Below are positions 1-13,323 of a DNA stretch of 64,000 bases, in pieces. How positions within the stretch are numbered: position 1 is the first letter of the stretch; every line of letters starts with the position of its first letter. Origin of the DNA: the human T2T-CHM13v2.0 reference genome, Homo sapiens; assembly GCF_009914755.1 (NCBI RefSeq), contig NC_060931.1, one strand, 5' to 3'. A program made the translations under genes and the position numbers. The notes under the pieces are model-generated. The model saw only the letters and a list, made by a program, of their open reading frames with translations, made no database searches and had not been told where the DNA came from.

Positions 1-190
1 ATGGCTCCCCCCGCACACGGCCTCTTGCCTGCGGCCATGTAAGATGCGAGTTTGCTCCTCCTTAGCTTGTCGCCATGATCCTGAGCCCTCCCCAGCCATG
101 TGGAACTGTGAGTCAATTAAATCCCTTTCCTTAATAAACTGCCCAGTCTTGGGTCTGTCTTTATTAGCAGCATGAGAACAGACTAATGCA
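1..190 (+). mobile_element. MaLR THE1-type LTR, 3' part (cut by window edge)
   Basis: ccagccatgtggaactgtgagtcaattaaa...ttattagcagcatgagaacagactaatgca matches the THE1 LTR terminus. Confidence 0.88.
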
Positions 191-543
191 AGATCCTAAA
201 TGTTTTATTGGACAAATGCTGGAATCTCCTTTAAATATATATCTTCCTTATTTCTTCTAAATGGCCTTTTGGAAGTTTTCTAGCCAATGATAAGCGGCTT
301 TCCCCTCCCTTGCTGCTGTCACCAGGTCTCGCCGCCTCCTTGTAGTTTCACAAGAGATCACCTTCCTGTCTACCCTGAGACAACTGTGGAGGTCTGCTTG
401 ACCCACATCTAAAAGAAACTCATCATTTTGATGTGTCGGGGATATACGGTGTGGTGGGCCTCAGTGTCTAGCTGGTAAGCCCTCTCCTCCCCACAATTTC
501 TGCAATGCAATTTGCAAATTTGTAGGTGTGTGTATAATACTAC

Positions 544-586
544 GTGTGTGTGTGTGTGTGTGTACATATATGTATATATACACACA
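544..586. repeat. (TG)n/(TA)n microsatellite
   Basis: gtgtgtgtgtgtgtgtgtgtacatatatgtatatatacacaca. Confidence 0.9.
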
Positions 587-3500
587 TGAAATTATGATTA
601 TGGTTCTCTTCTTCCTCATAAAAAAAGAAGTGGAATGAGAATGCATAGAAATATGCAAGTTGATATAAATTTTTTTTCAAAGTACTGCTTATAAGTTGGG
701 CATAGATACAAAGTGTCATTATCTTTAATAAAGACAAATAAAAAAAGCATAACAAATGGAAAAATCAATACATACAGAAGCACAAATAAACTAAAGATAG
801 CAGATTTTCTTGAACTAATGATTAACATTAATCTAAATTATGCACCTGAGTCCTATAATGAATAATCATTTCACAAATATTCTTTGAGTTCTGATTTTAT
901 GGCAGGTAACAACTAGGTTTAAAAATAGAGTAACATATTCAATATTGTCTAGCTGGTGAAAATAGAGTCAACCACAAATAATTAGAAAAATTATTATATT
1001 AATATGTTATTGTAATGACTGAGTTATGTCCAAGAAGGCATTTGTCAGCAAACAGTCACATTTAAAGATGAAAATATTCTTAGAAATTATTTAGCTACAG
1101 AAACTTACCCAGTCGCTGGAAAATTGTTCTTCTTCAAGGTGTATTTTTGTTTTGACATTATTTACTTTATTGTCTTAAATGGTGAAGTAAAAACTTATTA
1201 TACGTGTCAAAAATTCCTACTATACATTTTCTTCTATTCTGTGATGACCAAAATTGAAGTACACTTTTTTCAGAATGTATATTATTTTTATGGAATGTGT
1301 GATACAAAATTTCAAAAAAAGATGACCTGAATAATAAACTACAGGCTAGAAATAAGTAAGTAACAAAGTCATATAAGGTCAATTTTAGTCAATGAAAATG
1401 TGAATTAGGAACAATTCCACCACCCCCATATAGGGTAGTATATACTATTGTCTTAGTTTCCCTTTAGCAAAGTAGAGAAAATGTAGATAATATATTATGT
1501 TTAAAATTTTTCAATATCATTGCTATATTTTATTTGGAATACTGTGTTATTGCATCCTCATTTACTTTCCAAATGGTATTATCTGCACTTCTCAAATAAA
1601 CTACGGCAATTGCATCCTTGTTTCAAGGCCTTTGGCTGGAAGACCCAAAACAGATAAAGATTACATGTTAAAGCAAGAGTACTGTCCTTAACCCAAAAAA
1701 CTGTAGCCTACGCTCTGTGAGATGACTGCACCACAAAGTAGCCTTAGAGAAATGACGTCTGAATATGAAGAGGGTGGTCTATGGGGCAGATTCTTGATTT
1801 TACTAAATATCATATAGTCATGCTTTCTATGGAAACAAGAAGCAAATTTTGAGATAGGCATTCTTTTGAAATTGTAACACTAATATTTTCATATCAGTTT
1901 GAGCTCATTATGTTATACAGCACAAATGTTTTGTATTTCTAAAACACTTTATCTTCCTCAAACTTCTATTACAAGACTATTTTTTTTAAACTGCCAGTCT
2001 CAATTGATGATTCTGTATTTAATTTTTTAAAGACAAACTAGAAACTCTTTTCTTTTCTCTCTGATCTAAATATTTTTTCTCAAAAAAGGAAATGACACTG
2101 GCTACAAATCTGCTATCATGCTTTGATGACTAATTCTCCTTATTCATCTCATCGTATTTTAAAGTAATATCTCCTACAATTTGCATAGCCTTTGTGCCTC
2201 GGCTCAAACGTCTTTGGAGATGAATAACTTACCAATTCATTTTGCTGGTGGTCATTGGTAATGCTTAGCTGGTTTCCCTTTAAAATAACAGTAAGTCTGA
2301 CCAAGCTAAAGTAATTCCCTGCTTACATGGTTTGAAACATGCTCCACAGCCTTTCAATTCCTACCTCTGTCAATGCTTCCAATTGGCTGGAGTTAAATGT
2401 AGATGTTTTCCAAATGTTAGCTATAAGCTGTTAAGCAGCTTCAAATATCATGAAAATAAAATAACATAATTAGGGCATTATGCACAGATGGTCAAAACAG
2501 TGTCCAAGGAAATGCCTCTGGTGAATACAAACCGGTGGTGTTACTAAGATACTTGCCATGTAAACAGGTGCTTATGAAAATACTAAGTCATTTAACATCT
2601 CTGATCAGATAAGTGACATAAATAAGAAGAATGAGAATTGTCTAGAATAAATAGGAAGTTACATATACAGCATATTCCTTAAATTCTCCAGTTTTTATAT
2701 CAGTTCATATAAAACTAAAATTTGGATCTTGAGGTAGATAAATTTATAATTTTATGCATAATATGGCAAAATGCCAATGACACTAGCTTATTTGTTATGT
2801 CCCTCAAAGCATCTCTCTGACAGTTTTAGGACATCCAAGCTATAAATCCTATCCCATGGAGAGAAAAGAACCTCGGCATCTTCCTAGCTGCCTTTAAGAT
2901 AATAGGCACTCTGGTGAATCATTTATAAAGGGCACATAGACATATTACATCAATGACTTTTTTTAGACAAAATAATGTATATGTATTTTTAAATACAAGA
3001 GAGTTTTATTTTTTGAATTAATGTATTTTAAAGCAAAGATATTGAGCAAAAATAAGATCATATATATATAAATTAGCATGTGTTGATATTGTTTTTTCTA
3101 AATTTATGAGGCCAATCTCCATGTTGACGACAATTTATGGCACATTTAACTTCAATTCCTAGTCTATTATAATTTGTCAGTTTGTGCTTTTTCATTAAAA
3201 TAAATGGGAAGCAGTAGGAATGAGAATCCTGCTGTGTTATGACACCCAATACAAAGTTTATGATTGAGGTTGATATATATCCTAGAGAAAATCCACAGGC
3301 ATATTTATAATATCAGCACAAAATGACCAGAAAAATAATTTTTACAATTCATTTAAAAAATAAAATATGGCAAGTAAAAGGGTTATGGGTTTGTGGCATT
3401 TGGTGTGGGTTCATGTATCCATCCACTGGTTTTCTCCAAGTGATGACTGTGGTACTGGAAGCTACACTTTCCAATATAATATTTTCTCCTTGAGGCAAAC

Positions 3501-4201
3501 TAGCATGCTAGGCATGAACAGAGTGTAAGCCGTGATATCACATAGAAATAATGTAGTACCTCCAATTCTCTTTATGTTAGTTTAAACACTAATAGCCCCA
3601 TTTTGATGCAATATTAATTATGTGTACATAGTCATTTAAAATTCCAAGTGGGACACAAAGAATAGTTCACAGACACTTAACAAATAAGACAGGAATTACT
3701 TTTCAGGTTGAGAAGTTACTCAACCTCTGTTACTATCAATTTCCTTTTCTGTCCAAAGAGGTTCATAATCCCTTTCTTTCTGAGTTGCTGTGAGCTTAGA
3801 AACGATGTTCCCCACTTGAATTTTTATTGCCTCTCCCTAAATTTCTCCTGCAGTACTCCTCATTGCCTTGCAGCACTCAGGTCAGAAAAGTGGAGCCACA
3901 CACTTGTTTGCCTTTTCCTTCTACAACTATAATTCTACTCAAAATGGCCAGATGTGAATTGTATTTCTTATTTACCTTTCGGATATAGTCTCCTCTTTTC
4001 ATCCGTGATGCCCGTCCTGTAGAGAGCACCGTCCACATCCTTTCTCACCAGGGCTGAAGCATCCCAATACACCTCAGGTGAACCATCATTCAAAATCCTT
4101 CAGTTATTTCCCACTTTCTGGGTTAAATTCTTATTTCTTTAAATGTCTTACAGAGTGCTTCATGGCCCTTTGCCTTCCAGCCTATCCAGGCTACATCTAA
4201 C

Positions 4202-4738
4202 TGTCAGAGGCGTTTGAACCAGAGCAACTCCATCTTGAATAGGAGCTAGGTGAAACAAGGCTGAAACCTACTGGACTGCATTCCTAGACAGTGAAGGCAT
4301 TCTAAGTCACAGGATGAGATAGGAGGTCAGCATAAAATACAGGTCATAAAGACCTTGCTGATTACAGATTGCAGTAAAGAAGCTGGCTAAATCCCACCAA
4401 AACCAAGAAGGCGACTAGAGTGACCTCTGGTCATCCTCACTGCTACAGTCTCACCAGCACCATGACAGTTTGCAAATCCCATGGCAACATCAGGAAGTTA
4501 CCCTATATGGTTTAAAAAGCAGAAGCACAAATAATCCACCCCTTGTTTAGCATATCATCAATAAATAACCAGAAAAATAGGCAACGAGCTCTGACTATGG
4601 AGTAACCCTTCTTTTATTCTTTTACTTTTCTAGTAAACTTGCTTCCACTTTACTCTATGGACTTGCCCTGAATTCTTTCTTGTGCAAGATCCAAGAACCC
4701 TCTCTTGGGGTCTGGATCGGGACCGCTTTCCTGTGATA
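4202..4738 (+). mobile_element. MER41A solo LTR (ERV1)
   Basis: Starts tgtcagaggcgtttgaaccagagcaactccatcttgaatagg, ends ggatcgggaccgctttcctgtgata; lacks the MER41B GAS block; possible degenerate TSD taac/tcac. Confidence 0.9.
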
Positions 4739-5122
4739 TCACCACTCTAACTTTCAAACTATATTTTTAACAGACACCAATGTTTCATTTTTCCTTTATG
4801 TTTCATGCTTTATTTTATATTGAAAATTTACATGGGGTGTTTTCTTTGCTAGAATATTCTCCTTTTATATGTTCTCTTTTACTACCCATTTATTTTTAAC
4901 CATAGTTTATATATCACTTCTCAAGGAAGACTTTTCTCTCCTCTTGGAGAGTGCCACTCTCCCTAATGTATGTTTTCACAGTTTCCTTTTTTTCCCTATA
5001 TTCTATCTATCTCATTTCATTGTAAAACAATTTGTTAACATTCTTGTGATTCTTTTCTTGGGTCTTAGCCTCATGAGGACAAAAAGCTGCCTCTGCCATG
5101 CTTGCCAGAGGCACAGAAGAGG

Positions 5123-5845
5123 TGGTTTTATAACAAGGATGTTTTTCTGATCTTTGTTCTGGGTGTCTGAGAGGAGGCTTCTAAACCCCTGGGATTTCCA
5201 GGTGATTGGCATGACTTTGTTATTCCTGCTGAACTCTTGGACCACACCTGACCTTATGCTAAAAGCAGGACTCAGCATGGAAGCTGGTCACAGGACTAAT
5301 GACTAATGATGTGAGTGTAAGTTGAGGAATTGAGCCACGGGATATTGGCCTAACTTCAAAAAAGAGGGAAGCTGGAGATTGAGTCCAACCACATCACATG
5401 GGCAAGGATTCCATCAGTCATGCCTAGGTAATGGAACCCCAATACAAATCCATACTGGGGGAGCTCCCTGGTTGATAAGCACATTCATGTTCTAGAAGGG
5501 TGACAGTGGAGAGGACTTGAAGCTCTGTATGTGGGATCTTTTCAGACTTTCCCCTGTGTGTTTCCTCATGTTTCTGATTCTGATACGTATCCTTTAAAAT
5601 AAAACTGTAATTATAATTCCAGCACTTTCCAAACTTCTATCAGCCATTCTAGGAAATTATCAAACATGACAGGATTGTGGAAGTGCCCACGTTTGTAGCC
5701 AGCCAGTTGATCAGAAGTGTGGGTGGCCCAGAGACCCCAGAACTTATGGCTGGTGTCTAAGTGGTGGCAGTGATATTGGGGACTGTGCATTTAACCCATG
5801 GAGTCTGTATTAACTCCAGCTACTTAGCATTGGCAGTGCATTGCA
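5123..5845 (+). mobile_element. MER21/MER68/MER77-group LTR
   Basis: ctaaacccctgggatttccaggtgattgg...accacacctga...aataaaactgtaattataa...taactccagctacttagcatt...gcattgca. Confidence 0.7.
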
Positions 5846-5972
5846 GTCTTGCAAAGGCACTTTCAAGTCTTTACTGAAGGAATGAATAAATATATGAATA
5901 TATTAAAAATAGAGTCTCTAAACTTTCAGAAGGAATTGGAGTCTTCAAGCAAACTATATATATTTTCTTGTA

Positions 5973-6516
5973 TGTAGACAGATTTCTAACATGACCACTG
6001 AGATTCTAGTCACTGGTGTATGCATCCTTCCCTTGGAATGTGGGCAAGACCTTGAATATGAAGAGATAGTCACTCTCTTGATTACGTTATAAGACAAAAG
6101 TGATGAGAGGGTCACTCCCGTTATATAAAACTCCGTTTCAGAAGACTGAAAGGAGATTCCTGCTAGTTTTCAAGAATAGCTCCCATATTGCGAGAATGCC
6201 AAGTATCTAGAACCTAAGATAGCCTCTGCGGTTTGAGAGAGATCCCTAGCCAGCAACCAACAAGAAAACAGTGATCTTATCACCACGACTGCAAGAAGCT
6301 GGGTTTTTCAATAACCTGAATAAGCCTGGAAGCAGACTCCAAGCTCCAGATGAGAACAAGGTAGACATCTTGGTTTCAAGATTTGAAACACTGAGGGGAA
6401 AATCCCAACACACTGTGCCTGGATTTCTGACCCACAGAAACTCTCAGATAATGCATGGGCATTTTGCCTCACTGACTTTGCACTAATTTGTTATAAAACA
6501 CTAGAAAATGAACACA
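5973..6516 (+). mobile_element. MaLR MLT1E/F-type LTR
   Basis: tgtagacagatttctaacatgacc...cccttggaatgtgggcaagacc...gatttctgacccacagaaact...ttgttataaaacactagaaaatgaacaca. Confidence 0.75.
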
Positions 6517-9020
6517 CTTTTACATTTGCCCACAAAACTGCTAGCAACCTCAATGTTTTATTTTTTATAATCAAAACTTACAAAGTATTTATTTTATATT
6601 GCAGATTAAAGGAAATTTCATATGTTTTGATATTCATCCAAGCATTTGGAAATTTGATATCTTCCTAGAAAAATCAAGATGGAAATTTCATTTTCTCTGT
6701 GACATCTTAAAATAGGTGTCTCAGAACCGAACTGGACTCAATCTCCAGCTTCCCTCTTTTTTGAAGTTAGGCCAATATCCCGTGGCTCAATTCACATATT
6801 GAGTGCCTTACACATGAAGAGATACATGCAGGAAAATAAACCATCCTATACATGAGCCATTATTTCAAAGGCCTAATGTTCCCAGTTAGAAATGTTTATT
6901 TACAAAACTACCACAGGTTAACAACAACACAAATGTAACTTATTTAAAGGTCATGCTCCCAGGGCACTAAACTAGAAGACAAATCATGGCAATAAACGCA
7001 AGAAAAGCATTTTATAAGAATAAGAGGAGTTTGAACAACAAGAAGAACTAATCAGAAGGTTTTAATAATGATTGAAGTCATGTCCTTTTTTGTACAGTAT
7101 TGGATATATGCTTAAACAGCACTGATTGTCTTCTTCAACCTTTTCATCTAGGAGCCTTGTAATAAATAGATCGCTATCACTCTTTTCTTAAATCTAGAGT
7201 ACGGCGAATGCAGCATAAGTCAAGGAGTTATCTGGACAAATAGCAAATAATTACCTACGTGGTTTCAGTTGCACTTTTAGTCCTTTGCACACAACTCCCT
7301 ATTTTCTGCCTTAAAAAATGTGGACGATATTGAGTGCTGTGTGGTGCTTGTTTTTTTGTGTGTTTTTCTTTTCTTTCTTTCTTCTTTTTTTTTTTGCAAG
7401 GGGATTCTGTTTAAGAATCAAAGCTTGCTTGTTGTGAACACCATTATACACCGTTTACATATTTTAAGCTTTATATTCCAGTTGGGACTCCTATAATTGG
7501 ATAAGCATGTCATCTATGCCATCTGTGATTTGATAAAAATGTTGAACAGCTTAAGGCAAAGGATGTTAATACAAGTCATTTCATAGATAATCCAATTCAG
7601 TGGGCCTTTGCTTCTCACTCATCTCTCTTTGACTATGATTGCTCAACCCATTTTTATTTCTATCACTAAAAGTATAAGCACAGATAAGTCCTAAGGGATC
7701 ATGAAAATGATACTGTTAAAATTCAAATAAACTAGATATCTCTGTAGTTTTTGAAATTGTGGACTTACGTAATTTCTTGGAATTAGAAATGTAAAATAAT
7801 AGCCAGAAAGTTCTGGCTTTAGCTTCCTTTTGCAAAATTTAGATACAGCCTATGAGTTGGCCAATTCCACTGGCTTGTATATGTGGCTATTTCATATCCA
7901 CTTTATGCTAAGGCATTTTTAAAGGGTCCAGCAATGTGTCCAGTTCCAAATGTTCTCATTCTGTGTTTTTTTCTCCTCCCAGCCCCTGGACATCAAGACA
8001 AAAAACAGAACAAAAGCTTTACCAAGTCAACATCTAATTTACAAAATTTGTCTACATTCTGCCTAGTTTCATTTTGTTGCATTATTATTTAAAAATGTTA
8101 AAATGTATTTCCTGTATTTTCCAATTACTCTCAATATAATTTTAAAATCTGATGTTATAGTTAAATTTGCACTGACTTATTTCCTTTCTCCTGAGAAAAT
8201 TTGGTAAGAGTCTATTATGCATAGCCCTGAGTTTCACACATTTGAAACTGGGGAATGAGGCTGCTAGGACAATGGTGTTATTTATTATGGTGCATTACCA
8301 ATTGCACTGCACCTGTCTGGATCATAGGTTTGCAATAATGCAATGAAAATGATTTGAATGGGTCATAGGTCTAATGTGTTAAGCACATAAACAAAGACTG
8401 CCCAGGGAGAGTGTTAATCCATGCTCATTAATTTTTAAATTCACATTCTGCAAGTTCATCCAAAAATTTATGAAGCACGTCAGAGTTTGGCTTCAACAGC
8501 AATAGAGACATACTGAAACATATGGCTGGGGGGCAAAATAGAGTCCTTGGCAGTACTCCTGCAGAGAGCCAGGTGAAGTGAAACCCATTAGAACTTCCAC
8601 TGTGGCCATGAGAGTTACAGCCCACAGAAGAGGGACGCTTCCCAATGTCTCTGAAACCGTGAAAGGCAAAGGAGACTCATTTCAATTCCTTCCATAGAGA
8701 ATATCACTGCCCTAGTCTAGTGGGTTCTGTTTATTAGAGGATGTCTTTATGCATGATTATTTAAAGCACGCAAAATCCATCCCCCTTATTTTTTCCTGTT
8801 TCATGTATATACATAGATACATGTGCGTATACATGTATACATAATAAATATATACATACGAGCCACTGTCCTAATGTATTAAATCAGTTGTAAAAAACAT
8901 ACTAAATATATTTCTGACTATAAGAGTGTAGTCTAATTTTTTAATTTTACAATTTAGTAATGGTAAACATTCATTTGGTGCTAACTTACTTTAATAATCT
9001 TATTTTTAAGATCTTATTTT

Positions 9021-10139
9021 TTGAAGTCTCCTTTTGTGTTTGTTTTCATTATAGTTGCAGAATTCTACTTAATCTTGTGAATGCTTGGGTTTCCTTTTTT
9101 AAATTAAATCATCTCTATCTGAAAAGATTTTCTTTGGTTTGGATTGTCTCATTATTAACTTGGTCAACCAAGTTAAGGTGAATGAATATAACTATTATTG
9201 CTTAAATCTTGGCTTAATGCTCAGTGATATATACTAGTCTGGCTATTTTAAGTTGCCTCTGTCCCACAATGGCTGTGATACTTGGAATGATAGTTCACAA
9301 AGGTATGAGGATACAAATGGAAGATTCAATCATGATGTTCATGTTTCCATGACATACACTGTTATAATATTTAAAAGTAAATATCCCTCTTCACTGGTGT
9401 TAATTTTTCTTGGAAAACATGAAAATAATTACTTTAAAAAATAATAAGTATATAAAAATTCCTTATTTCATGTTTTATATGTATTTCATATGTTCATAGA
9501 TTAGAAAAGTAAAGAAGGTTATATTTATTTAAATGTTCAAATACAAATCTTTCCAGAGATGACAAAACTACATAAACTTTGTCCACTGACATCCAAGGTC
9601 CTGCCTCAGTGGTAGGATGTTCCAGCTCAGAACTGTGCACTCCACATGGGAAGTCCCCTCTGCTGCAGTTACTCCAGGCTGGGTTCGGCTCTGCAGGTAT
9701 CCCTGCTGTTTCTTTCTGTCTCTACAGAACGCATTTGGTATCCTTAAGTATTATTTTATTTTGCCACCTTGCTACTCACATCTACAGGTGGCCCTTCCTG
9801 GATCATCCAGCCAGGCCAGATCCTTCTAACTCCCTCCCTGGATCCACGGCAGTTACTCTATTTTGTGTATTTCTGCTCTTAATCTGTGAGTGCAATGAGG
9901 ACAGAGGCTGTTGTGTGTCCTTTACACCAGCAATCCCCCCTCTCAATTCAATTACTTTTACTTTGACTCTCAGCAAATGTAGGGTTGACCAAGTTAATAA
10001 TGAGACAATCCAAACCAAAGAAAATCTTTGCAGATGGAGATGATTTAATTTTAAAAAGGAAACTCAGGCTTTCACAAGATTAAGTAGAATTATGCAACTA
10101 TAATGAAAACTAACAAACAAACACAAAAGGAGACTTCAA
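9021..10139. repeat. Long inverted repeat: arms 9021-9169 and 9983-10139, spacer 813 bp
   Basis: Arms are reverse complements with 7 substitutions and one 8-nt indel by eye; the ORF track shows the same peptide VWIVSLLTWST on + (8960..9181) and - (9803..10018). Confidence 0.95.
9760..9985 (+). mobile_element. L2 3' end fragment
   Basis: tgtgagtgcaatgaggacagaggctgttgt...ctcagcaaatgt resembles the L2 terminus. Confidence 0.45.
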
Positions 10140-10699
10140 GCCAGAGTGAAATAGATATAATAGTGTGTGATCCTGACTGAATTCTTTTCATTCAATATGT
10201 GAAGGGAAAAAGAATGAGTTCTTTAAGTTTTCCTGAGATTATCCAACACCCTAGGAGGACTGTTAATACTCTCAGTGATAAAAACTTAACAGCATAGAAA
10301 TTCTTCAAGTTACAGCTGAGCTGACAGTATATTAAGAAAATGTTGTCGAAATCAGAAGTCCATTCAGGGCATGCATTCTTAGAGAGAAGTTTGTGGCAAA
10401 GCCTTTGTTTGCCTTAGGAGCTCTCTTTTGAGACCAGAGTTGCAGAGTTTGGCAATTAACTAGTCTGGAAGGTGAGGGGAGACAGATTCTAAGTTCTGAG
10501 GAAGGAGAAAGTCTAATCAGAAATTCCCTCATAAAATCAGAAACTGTGAAAGACACCCAAGGTGATAGCCTCAGCAGACAAAATCGACAAAAAGCCCTAG
10601 CACATCACTGCCCTACTCAAAACCCCCTTTGCATTCAGACAAATGTGCAAACTCCTCCAGAGGGAGCCCACCCATGTGATCCACTACAAAGCCTGAGTC

Positions 10700-11165
10700 T
10701 CAACTCATCCCACACATACTCCCCTCACCCACCGCACACGGCCACGTTGACCATCTTGCTTCCACAGAAAATTTCAAGTCTATTTCCACTTTAGGGCTTA
10801 TACACTTCTATCTTTTCTTCCTGGAATGCACTTCCTTTGATTCATCTCGTGAGTCTTTCCACCAGCTCATCCCAGTATCTGTTCAAATGTCTTCCCTTAG
10901 AGATAATGTTCCTAAACACCCTATTTAATAACAAACCCAAATGCTTTTTAGCACTTAAGCCTGATTTATTTTTCTTCACAATATGTGTCTGTTAGCTTTT
11001 CCTATCCTATCCATGATATTACATTGTACTGTGATATATTCCTATATTTATTACTCTGTCTAACTCTGTAGCATATCATACGAACTATGTCTTGTATCTC
11101 CAATTACAACGAAGTGTCTGGCATACAAGTGGTAGTCAATAAATATTTACTGCATGACTAAGTGG
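10700..11165 (+). mobile_element. L2a 3' end
   Basis: cttcctggaatgcacttcc...gttcaaatgtcttccc...gtgtctggcatacaagtggtagtcaataaatatttactgcatgac. Confidence 0.7.
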
Positions 11166-11460
11166 ATTTGACCCATCTGGGTTTTGTTTTGCTATAAAGC
11201 GTATGGGAAATGTCTAGTTTGTTTGTTTGCTTGTTTTCACAGAGCACCAAGCTGTTGCCACAGACCATCATTAAATAATCATGTCTTAAAATGATTTCAA
11301 ATTTTACTTATCAAGACAAAATTCCACATATATATATACATAACACTTTTGTAAAATCTAAAGATATGCACAGTATCTCTACTCTTTATAAATGAGACAG
11401 CAAACACAACCTGATTTGTCCTTTCTCCTAACTCCCTCATTTTGATATTGAGTAAATTTT

Positions 11461-11786
11461 TGTGGTTGTTGATTTTTTGTTTTGTTGTTTTGTTTTTGAG
11501 ACAGGGTCTTGCTTTGTCACCCAAGCTGAAGTGCAGCTGCAAAATTATATCTCACTGCAGCCTCAAACTCTTGGCCTCCACCAGTCCTCCTGCCTCAGCC
11601 TCTCAAGTAGCTAAGAGTAAAGGCATGCACCACCATGCCCAGCTAATTTTTATATTTTTGTAGAGACAAGGTTTTGCTATGTTGCCCAGGCTGGTCTTGA
11701 ACTCCTGGCCTTTAGCCATCTCCTTGCCTTGGCCTCCCAAAGTACAAAGTGCTGGCATTACAGGTGTGACACACTGCACCTTACCA
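11461..11786 (-). mobile_element. AluJ
   Basis: gagacagggtcttgctttgtcaccc...ctcactgcagcctcaaactc; TSD atat(t/a)gagtaaatttt at 11445-11460 and 11787-11802. Confidence 0.92.
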
Positions 11787-11820
11787 ATATAGAGTAAATT
11801 TTAATTCACCTTTATTTTAA

Positions 11821-12954
11821 ATCCTTTTAAAATTTTATTTATTATGCTTTAAGTTCTGGGATACATGTGCAGAACATGCCAGTTTGTTACATAGGTATAC
11901 ATGTGCCATGGTGGTTTTCTGCACCCATCAACCCATCATCTAGGTTTTAAGCCACACATACACTAGGCATTTGTCTTAATGCTCTTGCTCCCCTTGCCCT
12001 CAACCCCCCAACAGGCCCCAGTGTGTGATGTTCCCCTCCCTGTGTCCCTGTGTTCTCATTGTTCAACTCCCACTTATGAGGGAGAACATGCTGTGTTTGG
12101 TTTTCTGTTACTGTGTTAGTTTGCTGAGAATGAGTTTCCAGCTTCATCCATGTCACTGCAAAGGACATGAACTTATTCTTTTTTATGGATGCATAATATT
12201 CCATGGTGTATATGTGCCACATTTTCTTTATCCAGTCTATCATCGATGGGCATTTGTGTTGGTTCCAAGTCCTTGCTATTGTGAATAGTGTTGCAATAAA
12301 CATACCTGTGGATGTGTCTTCATAGTAGAATGATTTATAATCCTTTGGGTATATACCCAGTAATGGAATTGCTGGGTCAAATGGTATTTCTGGTTCTAAA
12401 TCCTTGAGGAATCACCACACTGTCTTCCACAGTGGTTTAACTAATGTACACTCCCTCCAACAGTGTAAAAGTGTTCCTATTTCTCCACATCCTCTCCAGC
12501 ATCTGTTGTTTCCTGACTTTTTATAAATTACCATTCTAACTGGTATGAGATGGTATCTCATTGTGGTTTTGATTTGCCTTTCTCTAATGACCAGTGATGA
12601 TGAGCTTTTTTTCATATGTTTCTTGGCCACATAAATGTGCTCTTTTGAGACGCGTCTGTTCATATCCTTTGCCCACTTTTCAATGGGGTTGTTTGTTTTT
12701 GTCTTGTAAATTTGTTTAAGTTCCTCATAGATTCTGGATATTAGACCTTTGTCAGATGGATAGATTGCAAAAATGTTCTCTCATTCTGTAGGTTGCTTGT
12801 TCACTCTGATGATAAACCCTAGAAGAAAACCTAGGGAATACTATTCAGGACATAGGCATGGGCAAAGACTTCATGACTAAAACACCAAAAGCAGTTGCAA
12901 CAAAAGCCAAAATTGACAAATGGGATCTAATTAAACTAAAGAGCTTCTGCACAG
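11821..12954 (-). mobile_element. 5'-truncated, 5'-inverted L1PA (L1PA8-like)
   Basis: L1 3'UTR and ORF2 end on minus strand 11821-12814, then plus-strand ORF2 piece 12815-12954; 19-bp TSD taattcac(c/a)tttattttaa at 11802-11820 and 12955-12973. Confidence 0.93.
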
Positions 12955-13235
12955 TAATTCACATTTATTTTAATATAATTTAGTCATTTTATATTTTGTT
13001 ATTTCTTCTCACTCAGTAATTAGGGTTATGAAAGTATTTTATCAGCCTCCAACAAGGACTGTTTTTGCATCTCATTTCTTCATTTGAGTTCACTTCCTGC
13101 CAAATTATTTCCTTTAGCAAATTTTCATCAATGAACAGGAGTTATGACATTATGTTGTTTTATTTTGAATCAAAATTTGGCTGAATATGGAGTTCTAGAT
13201 TGATTATAATTTCATCTAGTGTATTTAAATATGGG

Positions 13236-13323
13236 TGTATACACACACGCACGTGTACATATATATACTATATAGTATATATATAGTATATATACTATAT
13301 ACTATATATATGTATGAATGTAT
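13236..13323. repeat. (TA)-rich simple repeat
   Basis: tatatactatatagtatatatatagtatatatactatata. Confidence 0.85.

Larger units (their letters stand above)
3990..5890 (+). mobile_element. L2 3' region, interrupted by two LTRs
   Basis: Degenerate L2-like pieces (cattcaaaatccttcagt...; ...tactgaaggaatgaataaa tail at ~5870-5890) on either side of the MER41 and MER21-group LTRs. Confidence 0.55.

Noticed and set aside
5088-5113. Hairpin tgcctctg-N10-cagaggca
   Set aside because: An isolated 8-bp stem is expected by chance in 64 kb
9579-10043. 154-aa ORF inside the inverted-repeat spacer
   Set aside because: Non-ATG start, runs through an L2 remnant into the repeat arm, no recognisable domain
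11947-12663. ORF2p-like peptides (118 and 83 aa)
   Set aside because: Frameshifted remnants of a truncated L1, as are those at 19701-21150 and 55223-55420
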